Notes: a model not told the origin generated them from the sequence alone. A stretch of DNA of 64,000 nt from Spirochaetota bacterium (GCA_043803405.1 JAZDKB010000044.1:1-64000), one strand, 5' to 3'. Positions 39,287 to 51,064 are shown, counted from the first letter of the stretch. Program-made: numbers and translations.

Positions 39287-40273
39287 CTAATATTCCCTAT
39301 CAATTAAAAATTCCGCAAGATCAATTAATTTCTCTTTGTAAACGGATGAAGGAAAAGCATCGAGAAATGGAACGGCTTTTTTTATATAATCTCCGGCAGT
39401 TTCCATGCAGTATTCTACAGCCTTGTGTTCGTCAAACAATCCTTTTACTTTAATCCACGCTTCTTTATCCGGATTCTTAATGCAATTAATCAGATCCTTT
39501 CTTACTCCTTTTGACACCGTTTCCAGAAGGTACAAAAGAGGCAATGTGATTTTCCCATTGCGAAAATCATTGCCCGTATCTTTCCCTATTGCATCTTTTT
39601 CTTCGACATAATCAAAAGTATCATCTATTATCTGGAAAGCCCTGCCAAGGTTGAGCCCAAACTGATTCAGGGATTCGCGTTCACTATCAGGCATATCCGC
39701 TTTCATTGCTCCCAGCTTTGAGCATGTTCCCATAAAAACCGCGGTTTTCAGTTCAATTATATTAAAATAATGTTCTTTGTTAATTTTATCAATGCCCGAA
39801 AATTCTATCTGGTAAATCTCACCCTTAAACATTTCCAGCGCAGCAGCTAAAAGTTCGCCGACGAGCAGTGAACTCCCGCCGCCTAAAATAGTCTGCAAAG
39901 ACCTTACGTGCATAAAGTCGCCTGCCAGTACAGCGACTTTGCTTCCCCATTCCGAAGATACAGATATATTGCCTCTTCGAAGAAAAGCCTGGTCTATAAT
40001 ATCGTCATGTACAAGAGTTGCGCTGTGAAATATTTCCACTGCAGCAGCTAAATCGGTTATTCCGTCAGGAATTTGCCCGTTCAAACCGCTTGATAATATT
40101 ACAATTGACGCCCTTATTTTTTTTCCCCCTCTTTTAAAAAGATGCAGGGAGCTTAAATTCATTAATGGTATCCGGGTTTTAAGAATTTCCGGTATTGCTT
40201 CGTCAACTCCTTTCAGATATGAATTTATCGGCTTAACAATATCTTTAAGATTTGCTTTAACTCTGTTAGGCAT
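39287..40273 (-). CDS. Polyprenyl diphosphate synthase (IspB-like)
   Basis: GGK.IR, HDDIID...RRG, KTA and FQIIDDTFD motifs. Confidence 0.9.
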   Translation of the reverse strand: MPNRVKANLKDIVKPINSYLKGVDEAIPEILKTRIPLMNLSSLHLFKRGGKKIRASIVILSSGLNGQIPDGITDLAAAVEIFHSATLVHDDIIDQAFLRRGNISVSSEWGSKVAVLAGDFMHVRSLQTILGGGSSLLVGELLAAALEMFKGEIYQIEFSGIDKINKEHYFNIIELKTAVFMGTCSKLGAMKADMPDSERESLNQFGLNLGRAFQIIDDTFDYVEEKDAIGKDTGNDFRNGKITLPLLYLLETVSKGVRKDLINCIKNPDKEAWIKVKGLFDEHKAVEYCMETAGDYIKKAVPFLDAFPSSVYKEKLIDLAEFLIDREY

Positions 40274-40313
40274 TATGATCCATTAATGGGAAGTGTCCGT
40301 AAAAAGCATTATT

Positions 40314-40643
40314 TTAATAGAAAGCATTGACACATTCGCGTTTTGACTCAAATATTTCAAAAATTGTATCCAGCATTGTGATCTGGAAAGGTTTCAGAAT
40401 CACTTCATCCACTATAACCAGTTTAATGTCTCCGTCTTTTTTCTTATATTCCTGTTTTTTCTTATTTAGAAGTCCCAAAGCGCGGCTGCATATAAATTTT
40501 ACATTTACCATATCAAGGCATACGTTATATAATCCTTCTTTCAGACAATCATCCAGCACTTCCTGCAGTTCTTCCAGTTCTTCCTGGTCGATTCTTCCAT
40601 CAAGCACAACTACTTCAACGTTATTTACTGATGACCTCTTCAT
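40314..40643 (-). CDS. STAS-domain anti-sigma antagonist
   Basis: LDGRID...LDMVNVKFICSRALG. Confidence 0.85.
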   Translation of the reverse strand: MKRSSVNNVEVVVLDGRIDQEELEELQEVLDDCLKEGLYNVCLDMVNVKFICSRALGLLNKKKQEYKKKDGDIKLVIVDEVILKPFQITMLDTIFEIFESKRECVNAFY

Positions 40644-40698
40644 TAAAATCCTCCGAAAAAATCCTCGAAAAATTCAGATTAAAAACATAATAATACAT

Positions 40699-41424
40699 TT
40701 AAAACAAAAAATTATCAACTCTTTTTATATCTGCCTTTGCTATTGTCAACGAATATACCCTGTCTGCTCCAAAACTTTTTAAAATTCTGGCGCATTCATT
40801 AATTGTTGCACCTGTTGTGAACACGTCATCAATAATAAGAATTGTTTTGCCTGCAACAAGCCCGGCATTTTTAATATAATATCTGTCAAGTATGTTTAGA
40901 AATCTTTCCCTGTAGCCAAGTTTTTTTTGTGTTTTAAAATGATATTTCTCTTTTAAAATTGATCTGTACTTCTTTCCGAGTTTCCTGGAAATATCTCTGG
41001 CAATTAGTTCGCTCTGGTTAAATCCTCTCTCCCATCTTTTTTTTCTGTTGATTGGTACGGATGTTACAGCATCGATCAGTTCTTTATATCTAATAATATG
41101 GTTTAACGACAGTAAAGAGATATGTTTATATAGTCTTCTTCGTTTATTGAATTTATAATTATGTAAAATTTCTTTTATTACCCCGGCGTATGCGGCAACG
41201 GCAATGTTTTTATCGATAAAAAGCTTTCTGCTGCTGCATATTGTACATTTGTTCTCGATTATATCTCCGGAACAAATTTCGCATGTGTTTTTAAGATAAT
41301 CTATTTTTTGAAGACAGCCGTTGCACAGGCACATTTCTTTATATGATATTAATTTTTTGCAGTTTACACAGTAAGAAGGGAATAAGAAATCGATAATATG
41401 ATAAATAATATTTCTGATATGCAT
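40699..41424 (-). CDS. comF: ComF family protein
   Basis: CxxC pairs, RGFNQS and IIDDVFTTGAT. Confidence 0.9.
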   Translation of the reverse strand: MHIRNIIYHIIDFLFPSYCVNCKKLISYKEMCLCNGCLQKIDYLKNTCEICSGDIIENKCTICSSRKLFIDKNIAVAAYAGVIKEILHNYKFNKRRRLYKHISLLSLNHIIRYKELIDAVTSVPINRKKRWERGFNQSELIARDISRKLGKKYRSILKEKYHFKTQKKLGYRERFLNILDRYYIKNAGLVAGKTILIIDDVFTTGATINECARILKSFGADRVYSLTIAKADIKRVDNFLF

Positions 41425-41545
41425 AAAATTTCTTTATAATAATTCTATCAAATTTAAACATCGCAAATGCTATTAGCTTTTAATATGTGTTCCGGTTAAA
41501 TAGAATCCAGGTTGTTTCAAATAACCTGCCGCCCTTAGGCAACAG

Positions 41546-42265
41546 TTATTTTTTTTTATAAACAGTAGGATCGCTAATACCTGCTTCGATGAAACCTTTT
41601 CTGCGGATCTGACAACTGTCGCACTCACCGCATGATGAGCCGTCCGGGTCAGGATCGTAACAGCTATGAGTGAGCGAATAATCGACTCCGAGATTTGTTC
41701 CAAGCTTAATGATTTCCGACTTCTTTAAATCAAGGAGCGGCGCGCGTATTTTAAATCCGTCGCCCATTATTCCCGCTTTTGTGCCTATATTCGCCATTGC
41801 TTCGAAGGATTGTAAAAATTCCGGCCTGCAGTCAGGGTATCCGCTGTAATCTACGGCATTAGCGCCTATGAAAATGTCGCGCGAATTTATGGATTCTGCG
41901 AAGGAAAGCGCATAGGACAGAAAAAGAATATTTCTTCCCGGCACATAAGTGGAAGGGATGTCATCCTTTGCGGAAAAAGACATATCGCGGTTTTTCGGAA
42001 TAATCTCATCGGAAGCTTTTGATAATGCAGACGAAGAGAATATTTGCACCGGAAGCTCAATAAGAAGATGATTTGTTATCCTGAAAAAAGCGCATAGCTT
42101 TTTTGCGAATTCGATTTCGGTGCTGTGCCTTTGCCCGTATAGAAAGGTTATTGCATAAATGATATAGCCGTTTTTTAAAGCATAAGCAGTTGTTGTTGCG
42201 GAATCAATGCCGCCGCTTAACAAAACTACTGCTTTTTTTTGTTTTTCTTTCATGAATGTATACAC
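41546..42265 (-). CDS. queC: 7-cyano-7-deazaguanine synthase
   Basis: SGGIDS, TYVPGRN, YPDCR and CGECDSC motifs. Confidence 0.95.
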   Translation of the reverse strand: MYTFMKEKQKKAVVLLSGGIDSATTTAYALKNGYIIYAITFLYGQRHSTEIEFAKKLCAFFRITNHLLIELPVQIFSSSALSKASDEIIPKNRDMSFSAKDDIPSTYVPGRNILFLSYALSFAESINSRDIFIGANAVDYSGYPDCRPEFLQSFEAMANIGTKAGIMGDGFKIRAPLLDLKKSEIIKLGTNLGVDYSLTHSCYDPDPDGSSCGECDSCQIRRKGFIEAGISDPTVYKKK

Positions 42266-42312
42266 GCCCTATCTTTTGATTACTTTAACCGGGTAATCCC
42301 GACTGCAATATA

Positions 42313-42759
42313 TTATTTACCATGGGATAATATACCGATTAGCCTGGCAATAAAATATGCACCTGCGAAGATAAACAAAGGAATTGTAATCATAAAATTT
42401 TTCATTTCTTTATCCGATAAAAAACCGGAATGTATAACTTTTTTTCCGAAAAAATTATAATGATAATTTTCAGGATCCTGGTATCTTAAATATAGTCTTC
42501 TGATTATCATTATCTTTATCATAACTGATACGATCATTAAATAGCCGGAAAGAATCCAGAAGTAAAAAGAAAAATTAAAAGTATTATACAAAACAGGAAT
42601 AACTAAAGAAAGCGGGATTAGTATACCCAGAAGAGAAAAACCAATAAAAGCTGTAAAAAAAAATCGTTTACGGTAAATTATATTCTTAGTACAAATATAT
42701 TGTATAAGAATAAGTATATTTACAGCAAATGGAATTAGAAATAATAATGTTAATATCAT
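42313..42759 (-). CDS. Four-TM membrane protein, paralog A
   Basis: Hydrophobic; DP.NYHYNFFGKKV.HSGF shared with the neighbouring gene. Confidence 0.7.
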   Translation of the reverse strand: MILTLLFLIPFAVNILILIQYICTKNIIYRKRFFFTAFIGFSLLGILIPLSLVIPVLYNTFNFSFYFWILSGYLMIVSVMIKIMIIRRLYLRYQDPENYHYNFFGKKVIHSGFLSDKEMKNFMITIPLFIFAGAYFIARLIGILSHGK

Positions 42760-42868
42760 TAGACCTTGACTGAGTTTAAAATTAAAAAATATTTTAGAAA
42801 TACTCGTCTACATCCATGAATAAATTATCTCATTCTAATAATGAAAAATACTCCGATCGTACTTAATT

Positions 42869-43318
42869 TTAAAAATGCCCGTAAACGATTAAATTTATTA
42901 GCCTGGCTATAAAATAAGCTCCTACAAAAAGAATAAGCGGAACCGTTAATACAAGATACCCCATTTCTTTATTTGTTATAAATCCGGAATGCAATACTTT
43001 TTTTCCGAATATATTGTAATGAAAATTTTTTGGATCCCTATTCCGTACATAAACTTTAGTAGACACTAAGATAATAATACAAAATGCGAGAATCATTAAA
43101 TAACCTGAAAGAAGCCAGAATAAAAGAAGAAAGTCAATCGAGTTATTTATCCACGAAAAAAAATATGCGAGCACAAGTACAATACACAGGACTCCAAAAC
43201 ACAGGCATGTAATAATGAAAAAAAGTTTCCGGTAAATTGACTTCTTTGTCCAAATATATTGAATAAGAATGATTATACTTAATGCAAATGGGATGCAAAA
43301 TGTTATCGTTAATATCAT
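42869..43318 (-). CDS. Four-TM membrane protein, paralog B
   Basis: DP.NFHYNIFGKKV.HSGF. Confidence 0.7.
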   Translation of the reverse strand: MILTITFCIPFALSIIILIQYIWTKKSIYRKLFFIITCLCFGVLCIVLVLAYFFSWINNSIDFLLLFWLLSGYLMILAFCIIILVSTKVYVRNRDPKNFHYNIFGKKVLHSGFITNKEMGYLVLTVPLILFVGAYFIARLINLIVYGHF

Positions 43319-43504
43319 TATTCTTTTATAGAATTTTACATAGATATTCAGAGAAAGTCAATAAGCGGACGCTTCTCTTTGTAAATAATTCTCCGGCAGC
43401 ATCCGGAGATGGAGGTTCCCCTGATATGAATATCCTAACCAGGTTATTCCCGCACACAGTAATCCCAAAGTCAGTTTGTACAGCATCACAGAAATGACGG
43501 CAAC

Positions 43505-44821
43505 TTAATGGACAAATTTTCTCATTCTAATGTTAATTAAAATACCGACAGAGATCATTGACATCACAAGGTTGGAGCCTCCATAGGATAAAAAACACAA
43601 TGGTAATCCGGTTACAGGCATTATGCCCAGCGCCATTCCGATATTAACAAATATGTGGTAGAAAAAAATTGCACTTATTCCGCTTGCCAGGAGAGCACCG
43701 TACTTATCTTTGGATTCCAATGCTATTTGAATACCTCGAAAAACTATTATGGAAAGCAAAATTATAATTATTATGGAACCTATAAATCCCCATTCTTCAG
43801 CTACTACTGAAAAAATAAAATCAGATGTTTTTTCCGGCAAAAATCCAAGTTGTGACTGGCTGCCGTTTAAAAATCCTTTGCCGAAAAATCCGCCGGAACC
43901 GACTGCTATTTTTGACTGTATAATGTTATAGCCCGAACCGTGAGGATCCAGATCTGGATTTAAAAATACCAGTATTCTTCTTTTCTGATACTCCTTTAGG
44001 AAATGTTGAATAATTACGGAAAATAATAATCCAAGCGAAAGTACGGCTGATGGGATATATATCTTTCTGTAATATTTCTTTATAAAGAAAAAATTAAGTA
44101 TAAATGTTACTATAGCTATAATCAGTAAAATACCGGAAACAATGAATAATAGATTTAAATCTTTAAAAAAGTCGAGCAGAAAATTCGAAGCTTCCTGCCC
44201 GACCCATTCTCTGTATGTAAGCACCATGGGGACTGTCAGGGCAATTACAGCTATTCCGATAATCGATAAAAGATGGGACACGTCTGCGCCTCCTACAAAA
44301 AGAAGGGTAAATAATATCGGAATAAACATCATTGCTGTTCCGAAATCGGGCTGCTTTAATATTATAAGCATCGGTATGATCGTTAAAAGGGTAGGGATCA
44401 GCAGTTCCTTAAAGTTCCTGATATCCCTCTCTCTGAACTCAAGATACTTCCCCAGCAGAATTATTAAACCTAGTTTCATAAATTCCGAAGGCTGCACGGC
44501 AAATAGACCCAGGTTAAGCCACGCCCTTGTGTTCCTTACCGGGGAGCTGAAAATTGTAGTAAAAGCCAGGAGCAATAAAAATCCTGTATAAATCTGTACA
44601 GAGTATTCGCTCAGGATTTTATAATTCATAAAAGAAATAGCCATCATTATAACAAAACCGAAAATAAACCATAATAGCTGTTTTTTGTACAAGCCTTTGT
44701 TTATTTTTTCAATGGGATCAAACCCGGCGCTGTAGATCATCAGCACGCCTATCAAAACAAGAAGCGTTACTGCAAATACCAGTACATAATCAATTCTGTA
44801 GATTTCGTCTTTTCGCGGCAT
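43505..44821 (-). CDS. rodA: Rod shape-determining protein RodA
   Basis: QPSEFMK, QPDFGT, FLPE..SDFIF and PVTG.PL.FLSYGGS motifs. Confidence 0.95.
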   Translation of the reverse strand: MPRKDEIYRIDYVLVFAVTLLVLIGVLMIYSAGFDPIEKINKGLYKKQLLWFIFGFVIMMAISFMNYKILSEYSVQIYTGFLLLLAFTTIFSSPVRNTRAWLNLGLFAVQPSEFMKLGLIILLGKYLEFRERDIRNFKELLIPTLLTIIPMLIILKQPDFGTAMMFIPILFTLLFVGGADVSHLLSIIGIAVIALTVPMVLTYREWVGQEASNFLLDFFKDLNLLFIVSGILLIIAIVTFILNFFFIKKYYRKIYIPSAVLSLGLLFSVIIQHFLKEYQKRRILVFLNPDLDPHGSGYNIIQSKIAVGSGGFFGKGFLNGSQSQLGFLPEKTSDFIFSVVAEEWGFIGSIIIIILLSIIVFRGIQIALESKDKYGALLASGISAIFFYHIFVNIGMALGIMPVTGLPLCFLSYGGSNLVMSMISVGILINIRMRKFVH

Positions 44822-46647
44822 TAGAAGTACCCTAATGAAACAAGTTTTAAATATATTTTTTCCGCCACAGGAACTGCACTTGAAGCTCCGGCTACACCGT
44901 ATTCTACGAATACAACTACTGCAATTGCTTTGCTTACATCGCCGTTATAAGGAGCATAGCTCATTGACCAGGCATGCTGGCTGTAATCCTCTTTACGTAC
45001 TGATCGTGTCTGTGCGGTTCCGGTTTTTCCTGCTATGGGAACTTTAATATAGCCTAGCCTTCCAGAAGTGCCGTATGTTACCGAAGAACGCATGCCGGAT
45101 TTAATCGTATTCATGGTAAGTTCGGATAAAGGAACTTCTCTTATTTTTTCCGGCTTAAAAGTTTTAATTATTTTTGTATTATCCGGAGAACGGATTTCTT
45201 TTATAATATGCGGCTTAAAAACGACGCCATTATTTACAAGTCCTGAAAGAAAATCAGCAATACCGATTGTTGTTGTACTTATAAATCCCTGGCCTATCGA
45301 AAGGTTAACCGTATCTCCGTCGTACCATTGCTGACCGAATGTTTTAAGTTTCCATGCTTTGGAAGGAATAAATCCTGTAGTTTCGCCCGGAAGGTCTATA
45401 CCTGTTTTATCACCAAGTCCCAGGTAGTCGGCATACTTTAACATTATCGTAGGAGTTGCAGCCAGACCAACCTGATAAAAATATACGCTGCACGATTTTG
45501 CAATTGCTCCTTCCATGTCCAGTGTTCCGTGCTGTTGATAGCAGTAAATATCCTTATCAATATAGCCCTTAAGCGTATATTTTCCCGGGCAATATTTAGT
45601 CCATCCGGGTTTCCATTTATCTTCCTCAAGGGCGGAAATTGCCGTAACAATTTTAAACATGGAAGCAGGCGGAAATTTTGCCTGTAAAGCCCTGTTAAGG
45701 AACGGTTTATCTTTATTGCTGTATAATCCGGAGATAATCTTTTCATTGTTCCTGGAGATAATTAAATTCGGATCAATATCGGGCTTGCTTAATAGCGCTA
45801 TGATTTCGCCGGTAGACGGCTTTATTACTACAACGGCACCCTTTTGTCCTTCCATTGCTTCGCTGGCAACGCTTTGAATTTCGGAATCGATCGTCAATAC
45901 AAGATTATTCCCGGCAATAGGCGTTGATCCGATCTCTTCGCCTTCCAGTCTGTTTTTAACGTCAACAATTCTTCTTACAAATCCGTCAATTCCTCTAAGG
46001 GTCAAATCATATTCGCTTTCGACCCCGGACTTCCCGATTTTCTGATAATGTTTATATCCGCTTGCCTTATATTTCAGATATTCGTCCCTACTGATGCTTC
46101 CGACATATCCGATTGCATGAAAAAATTTTTTTCCTGAATTATATACTCTTACCGGTTCATCGTTCCAGTCGATATTCGGGAATTTTTCTTTGTTTGATGC
46201 CAGTTTAATAATGATTTCAAGCGGGACATCTTCCTTAATTATTACGCGTTCCCATGGATTCTGCTGATTTATAATTTGATATATATCTTCATAGGGGGTT
46301 TTAAGGACACGCGAGAGTTTCTTTACTATACGTTCAAATTGCTTTTTATCTGTAAATCTGGCCGGTATAGTGCTTATATTAAAGGACGGCCTGTTGGAAA
46401 CAATTATGGTGTTGTCGTTGCCAGGCATAAAATTTCTATCATATATTTCTCCTCTCGGAGCCGGGATCGGAATATTATTTTCCATGTTCATTTTGGATTT
46501 GCGTTTGTATTCTTCGCCCTGGATTAATTGAATATTTACAACTTGAATTATCAGGAAACCGAATAGAACCGAAACAATTGCCAGGAAAGTAAACATTCTG
46601 AATCTGAATACTTCCAACATCCGGAGTTTAAGAGATGATTGCGCCAT
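44821..46647 (-). CDS. mrdA: Penicillin-binding protein 2
   Basis: PRGEIYDRN, SMFK, SCS and KTGT motifs. Confidence 0.95.
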   Translation of the reverse strand: MAQSSLKLRMLEVFRFRMFTFLAIVSVLFGFLIIQVVNIQLIQGEEYKRKSKMNMENNIPIPAPRGEIYDRNFMPGNDNTIIVSNRPSFNISTIPARFTDKKQFERIVKKLSRVLKTPYEDIYQIINQQNPWERVIIKEDVPLEIIIKLASNKEKFPNIDWNDEPVRVYNSGKKFFHAIGYVGSISRDEYLKYKASGYKHYQKIGKSGVESEYDLTLRGIDGFVRRIVDVKNRLEGEEIGSTPIAGNNLVLTIDSEIQSVASEAMEGQKGAVVVIKPSTGEIIALLSKPDIDPNLIISRNNEKIISGLYSNKDKPFLNRALQAKFPPASMFKIVTAISALEEDKWKPGWTKYCPGKYTLKGYIDKDIYCYQQHGTLDMEGAIAKSCSVYFYQVGLAATPTIMLKYADYLGLGDKTGIDLPGETTGFIPSKAWKLKTFGQQWYDGDTVNLSIGQGFISTTTIGIADFLSGLVNNGVVFKPHIIKEIRSPDNTKIIKTFKPEKIREVPLSELTMNTIKSGMRSSVTYGTSGRLGYIKVPIAGKTGTAQTRSVRKEDYSQHAWSMSYAPYNGDVSKAIAVVVFVEYGVAGASSAVPVAEKIYLKLVSLGYF

Positions 46648-47151
46648 CTATGAACTCCCCTCCACAGATAAAGCGTCTTTAAATAATTTATCGTAAAGCA
46701 GGAAAAGAGGGGGCGCGAGCAATGCATTATAAAAAGATTCAGGAAAGATAATACTTACGATTGTTGATATGGCACCTTCATGAAAAATATAACATAAAAA
46801 TAATGTGATTATACCTTTAAGTAAAGATGCGATAAATACCATCAGAAAAACGGTTAAGACATTCCCTTTTAAAATTGATCTGCCGAACATCCCGACAATA
46901 AATCCAAGCGCCATTTTGGGGAATGCCAAAAGGCCCAGCGGAGAAATGGAAATGGCGTCATGTAAAAGTCCGCTGATGAATCCCGTCATTTCTCCATAGA
47001 AAGATCCGAAACTGTAAGCAAAGTAGACAACTGCAATAAAGACAAGATCCGGCTTAACTTCGGCAATTCTCAAAATATCGAAAGAGGAGTGTCCCTGAAT
47101 TATTAATGATACTATCACAAGAGCGCCGGTATATATATATGTACTAATCAT
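46648..47151 (-). CDS. mreD: Rod shape-determining protein MreD
   Basis: Hydrophobic; KPDL and GF..GLL.D motifs; lies between mreC and mrdA. Confidence 0.88.
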   Translation of the reverse strand: MISTYIYTGALVIVSLIIQGHSSFDILRIAEVKPDLVFIAVVYFAYSFGSFYGEMTGFISGLLHDAISISPLGLLAFPKMALGFIVGMFGRSILKGNVLTVFLMVFIASLLKGIITLFLCYIFHEGAISTIVSIIFPESFYNALLAPPLFLLYDKLFKDALSVEGSS

Positions 47152-47155
47152 CGAT

Positions 47156-48022
47156 TTATCGATCCTCATCATCGAGCAGTTCCAGTAATTCCGGATCAGG
47201 CTCCTTTTTAAGTATAAACACTTCCTCAATCTGAGAATAATCAATTATTGGTTTAATTAATACTTTCTGAAAGCTGCTCGATTCAATTATTATTGATTTT
47301 ACCGTTTTTCCTACGAGGAGACCCTGTGGGAATATCCCGCCCTGGCCGGAAGTAATTACCGTATCTCCCACTTTTACAGGAACAGTTCTGTTTAAATAAT
47401 TCATAATGCACAGATTGGAATTCGGTGAATAACCCGATAAAAGACCCTGGAATCGGTTTTCCTGAAGCATTACTCCGATATTCATGTCAGTTGATACTAT
47501 AGGCTGTATCCTTGATACGCTTCCTCTGACTTCTATAACCTTTCCGAATACAGCTTTTTCGTCACCGCTGAAAGAAATTACCGGCATATTGACTTTAATC
47601 CCGTCGTTCTTGCCCCTGTCGATTATTATAGTTCTAAACCAGTTATCCGGATCTTTGGATATTATGGTTGCCGGCAGAAATTCATAGGTGAGACGCTCCT
47701 TAATTGAGAGCTGTTTTCTTAATCTGGAATTTTCTCTTTTAATTTCACTCAACTCTTCGGAAAAAGCTTCGTATTTACGCAGCTTTTCCCTTGTTTTGTG
47801 CAGTTCTTCCCTTACATCGCCCAGTTCGCTGAAGCCGGCCCATAACTTGTGCATACCGTCCTGCAATCTGTCATAGCCTTTCTGAAAAGGCATTATAAAC
47901 CAGCTTCCGATCCCTTCAACGGACATTGTAAAAGCTGAGGTCTGTAAGGATAAGGAGACAATGCAAAAAAGGGTACAGAGTACAAACGCAAGGATTGTTT
48001 TATGTTTAATTATAAAATCCAA
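47156..48022 (-). CDS. mreC: Rod shape-determining protein MreC
   Basis: EN.RLR, IDRG..DG and VITSG.GGIFP.G motifs. Confidence 0.92.
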   Translation of the reverse strand: MDFIIKHKTILAFVLCTLFCIVSLSLQTSAFTMSVEGIGSWFIMPFQKGYDRLQDGMHKLWAGFSELGDVREELHKTREKLRKYEAFSEELSEIKRENSRLRKQLSIKERLTYEFLPATIISKDPDNWFRTIIIDRGKNDGIKVNMPVISFSGDEKAVFGKVIEVRGSVSRIQPIVSTDMNIGVMLQENRFQGLLSGYSPNSNLCIMNYLNRTVPVKVGDTVITSGQGGIFPQGLLVGKTVKSIIIESSSFQKVLIKPIIDYSQIEEVFILKKEPDPELLELLDDEDR

Positions 48023-48025
48023 ATT

Positions 48026-49051
48026 TTATTTAAAATGATGCCTGTTTAAATTTTTTATTTCCTCAAGGAATTTGCCGGCGCCCATAACAACACATGTAAG
48101 CGGGTTTTCCGCCTTTATGGCAGGGACTCCGGTTTCTTTGCTTATGAATTTATCAAGACCTTTTAAAAGAGACCCGCCGCCCGTCATTACAATCCCTCTT
48201 TCCACAATATCCGCGGCCAGTTCCGGAGGGGTTCTTTCCAGAGCGTGTTTAATTGCGTCTAATATCTGATCAACAGGTTCTTTTAAAGCTTTTCTTATTT
48301 CGGAAGAATCAATTTCAAGGGTGCGCGGAAGGCCGGAAATCGCGTCTCTGCCTTTTAATTCCATTGTTTCCGCTTTCTTTTCCGGAAACACATTGCCTAT
48401 CCTTATTTTTACTTCTTCTGCCATTCTTTCCCCGATCACCAGGTTGTACTGCGTTCTCATGTATTTCATGATAGCTTCGTCAAATTCATCGCCCGCAATC
48501 CTGATCGAATCTGCGATTACCATTCCACCAAGAGATATTACGGCAATCTCGGTTGTGCCACCGCCTATATCTACTACCATGTGCCCGGCGGGTTCATGAA
48601 TCGGAATATTTGCGCCTATTGCAGCTGCAAGTGCCTCTTCTATCAGGAATATCTCCCTTGCGCCCGCCTGCTCACAGGATTCTCTAACAGCTCTTTTCTC
48701 AACTTCCGTAATACCTGAAGGTACACCTACCACCATTCTGGGCCTTACAAGAGCTCTTCTTTTATGTACTTTTTGAATAAAATATCTGATCATTTTTTCG
48801 ACAGTTTCAAAATCCGCGATAACTCCGTCTTTCATAGGACGAATCGCGACTATGTCACCTGGAGTTCTGCCGAGCATTCTTTTGGCTTCCTGTCCTACTG
48901 CCAGTACTCTTGATGTACTCGTTTGTACGGCAACGACAGAAGGTTCGCTTAATACTATTCCCTGACCTTTGACATGTACAAGCGTATTTGCCGTACCAAG
49001 GTCAATTCCCATATCGTTTGAAAACAAACTGTAAATCGCATCAAATATCAT
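48026..49051 (-). CDS. mreB: Rod shape-determining protein MreB
   Basis: [17 protein letters not shown] and GGGSLL motifs. Confidence 0.97.
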   Translation of the reverse strand: MIFDAIYSLFSNDMGIDLGTANTLVHVKGQGIVLSEPSVVAVQTSTSRVLAVGQEAKRMLGRTPGDIVAIRPMKDGVIADFETVEKMIRYFIQKVHKRRALVRPRMVVGVPSGITEVEKRAVRESCEQAGAREIFLIEEALAAAIGANIPIHEPAGHMVVDIGGGTTEIAVISLGGMVIADSIRIAGDEFDEAIMKYMRTQYNLVIGERMAEEVKIRIGNVFPEKKAETMELKGRDAISGLPRTLEIDSSEIRKALKEPVDQILDAIKHALERTPPELAADIVERGIVMTGGGSLLKGLDKFISKETGVPAIKAENPLTCVVMGAGKFLEEIKNLNRHHFK

Positions 49052-49184
49052 ATTGTCTTTTCACACTCACTTCTTATTTCTTTTATATTTAAGGAAAATG
49101 AAATAATCTCAACTGCTGCAATAATTACAACAATTATTTCGCTTATAACTAAATTATTTTAAATATCCTTTGGATTTCCTGCTT

Positions 49185-50186
49185 TTACATCAAACCCAGC
49201 AGTTTCTTTGCTTCTTTATTTGACTGATCGGACGCTAAAACTTCAGACCAAATTGCTTTAGCTTTTGTTTTTTCTCCCAGAGCAGAATAATTTTTACCAA
49301 TCCATATTTTTAACAGGTTATCCCTTCCGTCAATTTTGAGCGCATTAGTAAAATGCATAAGTGATTCTTTATAAAGGGATTGGTTAAAGTATATTTTGCC
49401 TAGATTCATATTAGCCGATTTAATTAAATTACTGTCCGAACAATTATCCAGGATGTTTCTGAAACTCATGATCGAATCCGTATATTTCCCGGCAATATTA
49501 TAGGCAGATGCCAAAAAGAAGCGGCCGTTTATAGTATCTGAGATCATCCCGTGCTTTTTTAGAATTTCGAGGCCATACTCTTCTTTTTTATTTAAAATAT
49601 TAATTATCGATAAAAATCTTATGTCGTTTACATTTGAGATTGATTCAATGTTGCCTATTCTTTCGACGGTTTTATATATGTCTTTTGTGTTGTAATAATT
49701 ACAATAAAAAGATGCTTTTGCCATTATAAATAAAAGTTCCGGTTTTATTTCTTCGGACATGGAAAGAGCAATACCTTTTTTTATACTTTTTATTGCGTTG
49801 AAGAATTCAATTTTTGCTTTTTCCTCTGTACAATTAAAACTATCACTCATAATAAATTCGGAAAAACTCTTATTTAAATAAAATTCGCCTAAATGAAAAT
49901 GAATTTTGCCGGCAAGAAGGAATGTGCCGGCGGATATTTGATGTTTGTCGTTATAGTCAGCAGATATCCGGCATATTTCCTCTAATTTATGTTTTTTCAT
50001 TACAGGATCGCTGATCTTTAAAGCATCTTCCAGTTCTGAGTTGATTTTATTATACGTATATTTCCAGAAAAAAATATAGTGCTGATATGTTTTACCTAAA
50101 TATAAAATACCGGCTATCACAATAAGTAAAAGCGATATCTTATAAATTTTTTTATTTTTTCTTTTTGATTTATAGCTATAATACAT
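49185..50186 (-). CDS. Membrane-anchored TPR protein
   Basis: N-terminal TM segment and C-terminal TPR repeats. Confidence 0.7.
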   Translation of the reverse strand: MYYSYKSKRKNKKIYKISLLLIVIAGILYLGKTYQHYIFFWKYTYNKINSELEDALKISDPVMKKHKLEEICRISADYNDKHQISAGTFLLAGKIHFHLGEFYLNKSFSEFIMSDSFNCTEEKAKIEFFNAIKSIKKGIALSMSEEIKPELLFIMAKASFYCNYYNTKDIYKTVERIGNIESISNVNDIRFLSIINILNKKEEYGLEILKKHGMISDTINGRFFLASAYNIAGKYTDSIMSFRNILDNCSDSNLIKSANMNLGKIYFNQSLYKESLMHFTNALKIDGRDNLLKIWIGKNYSALGEKTKAKAIWSEVLASDQSNKEAKKLLGLM

Positions 50187-50826
50187 TTGTTAAATTATTC
50201 TTAAATAGTTGTTTCAGCTTTACTAAAAGCGCAGCATCTTTCTTAAAAAGAAATAAGCGCAGCACATTGCTTCCTTTAATGAACAGAACAATAAAATTGT
50301 TGCCGCTTTTGATATTGGCTATGCGGCGGAAATCGAACCTGTACAATTTTTTTCCGGCTCTAAAATTTATTCCGTCGTTCAGTATCTCAATATTTCCTGG
50401 TCCGATTCTTTTAATTTTTTTATATTCTTCCAGCGTCGAGTCAATTATGCTGTCATTATTGTTGTAATTAATAATACTGGAAGAATCCTCATATAAAACA
50501 ACGGGAGTGTCATAAGACATAGCTTCATCGCTGAATGGAATTTCAGCTTCGGATCTTTCCTCTCCAAATGGATTATCCTGGTTAATAATTTTGTGTTGTT
50601 CGAGGGAAGTGTTTTTATCTTCGTTTTTATTATTAGTTATTGGAGCTGCTTCTTCGCTGGTTTTTTCAGATCTTAATATCCGCTCTTTACTGAAAAAAGG
50701 CGGCTTGGTGCGATTGGTTTCTTTATCAGTATCAGATTTATCGGTTTCTTTTTTTGTTATGGAAGCAACAGTAAAGATGATAAAAAATATTCCGGATACT
50801 ATCAGGATTAAACTTAAATACAGCAT
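50176..50826 (-). CDS. Hypothetical membrane-anchored protein
   Basis: N-terminal TM segment; overlaps the next gene. Confidence 0.65.
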   Translation of the reverse strand: MLYLSLILIVSGIFFIIFTVASITKKETDKSDTDKETNRTKPPFFSKERILRSEKTSEEAAPITNNKNEDKNTSLEQHKIINQDNPFGEERSEAEIPFSDEAMSYDTPVVLYEDSSSIINYNNNDSIIDSTLEEYKKIKRIGPGNIEILNDGINFRAGKKLYRFDFRRIANIKSGNNFIVLFIKGSNVLRLFLFKKDAALLVKLKQLFKNNLTNVL

Positions 50827-51064
50827 ATTGATTTTGTTTTATTAAAAATTAATAAATTTTATTATTTATTTACGATTTTTAAACAACTTATACAATGAAT
50901 CTTTTGAGAGATATATATTATTAAGATTTATTTTTTTAAACAACAGTCGAGCGGAACGTACGGTTGTTTGTCCTGATTAAGCTGGGAAAGCAATCCTGCT
51001 TAATCATTAAGCAACAATAAATCCGTTTATCTTCTTTGCAATATTTTACTGTGTCAAGGATTTT

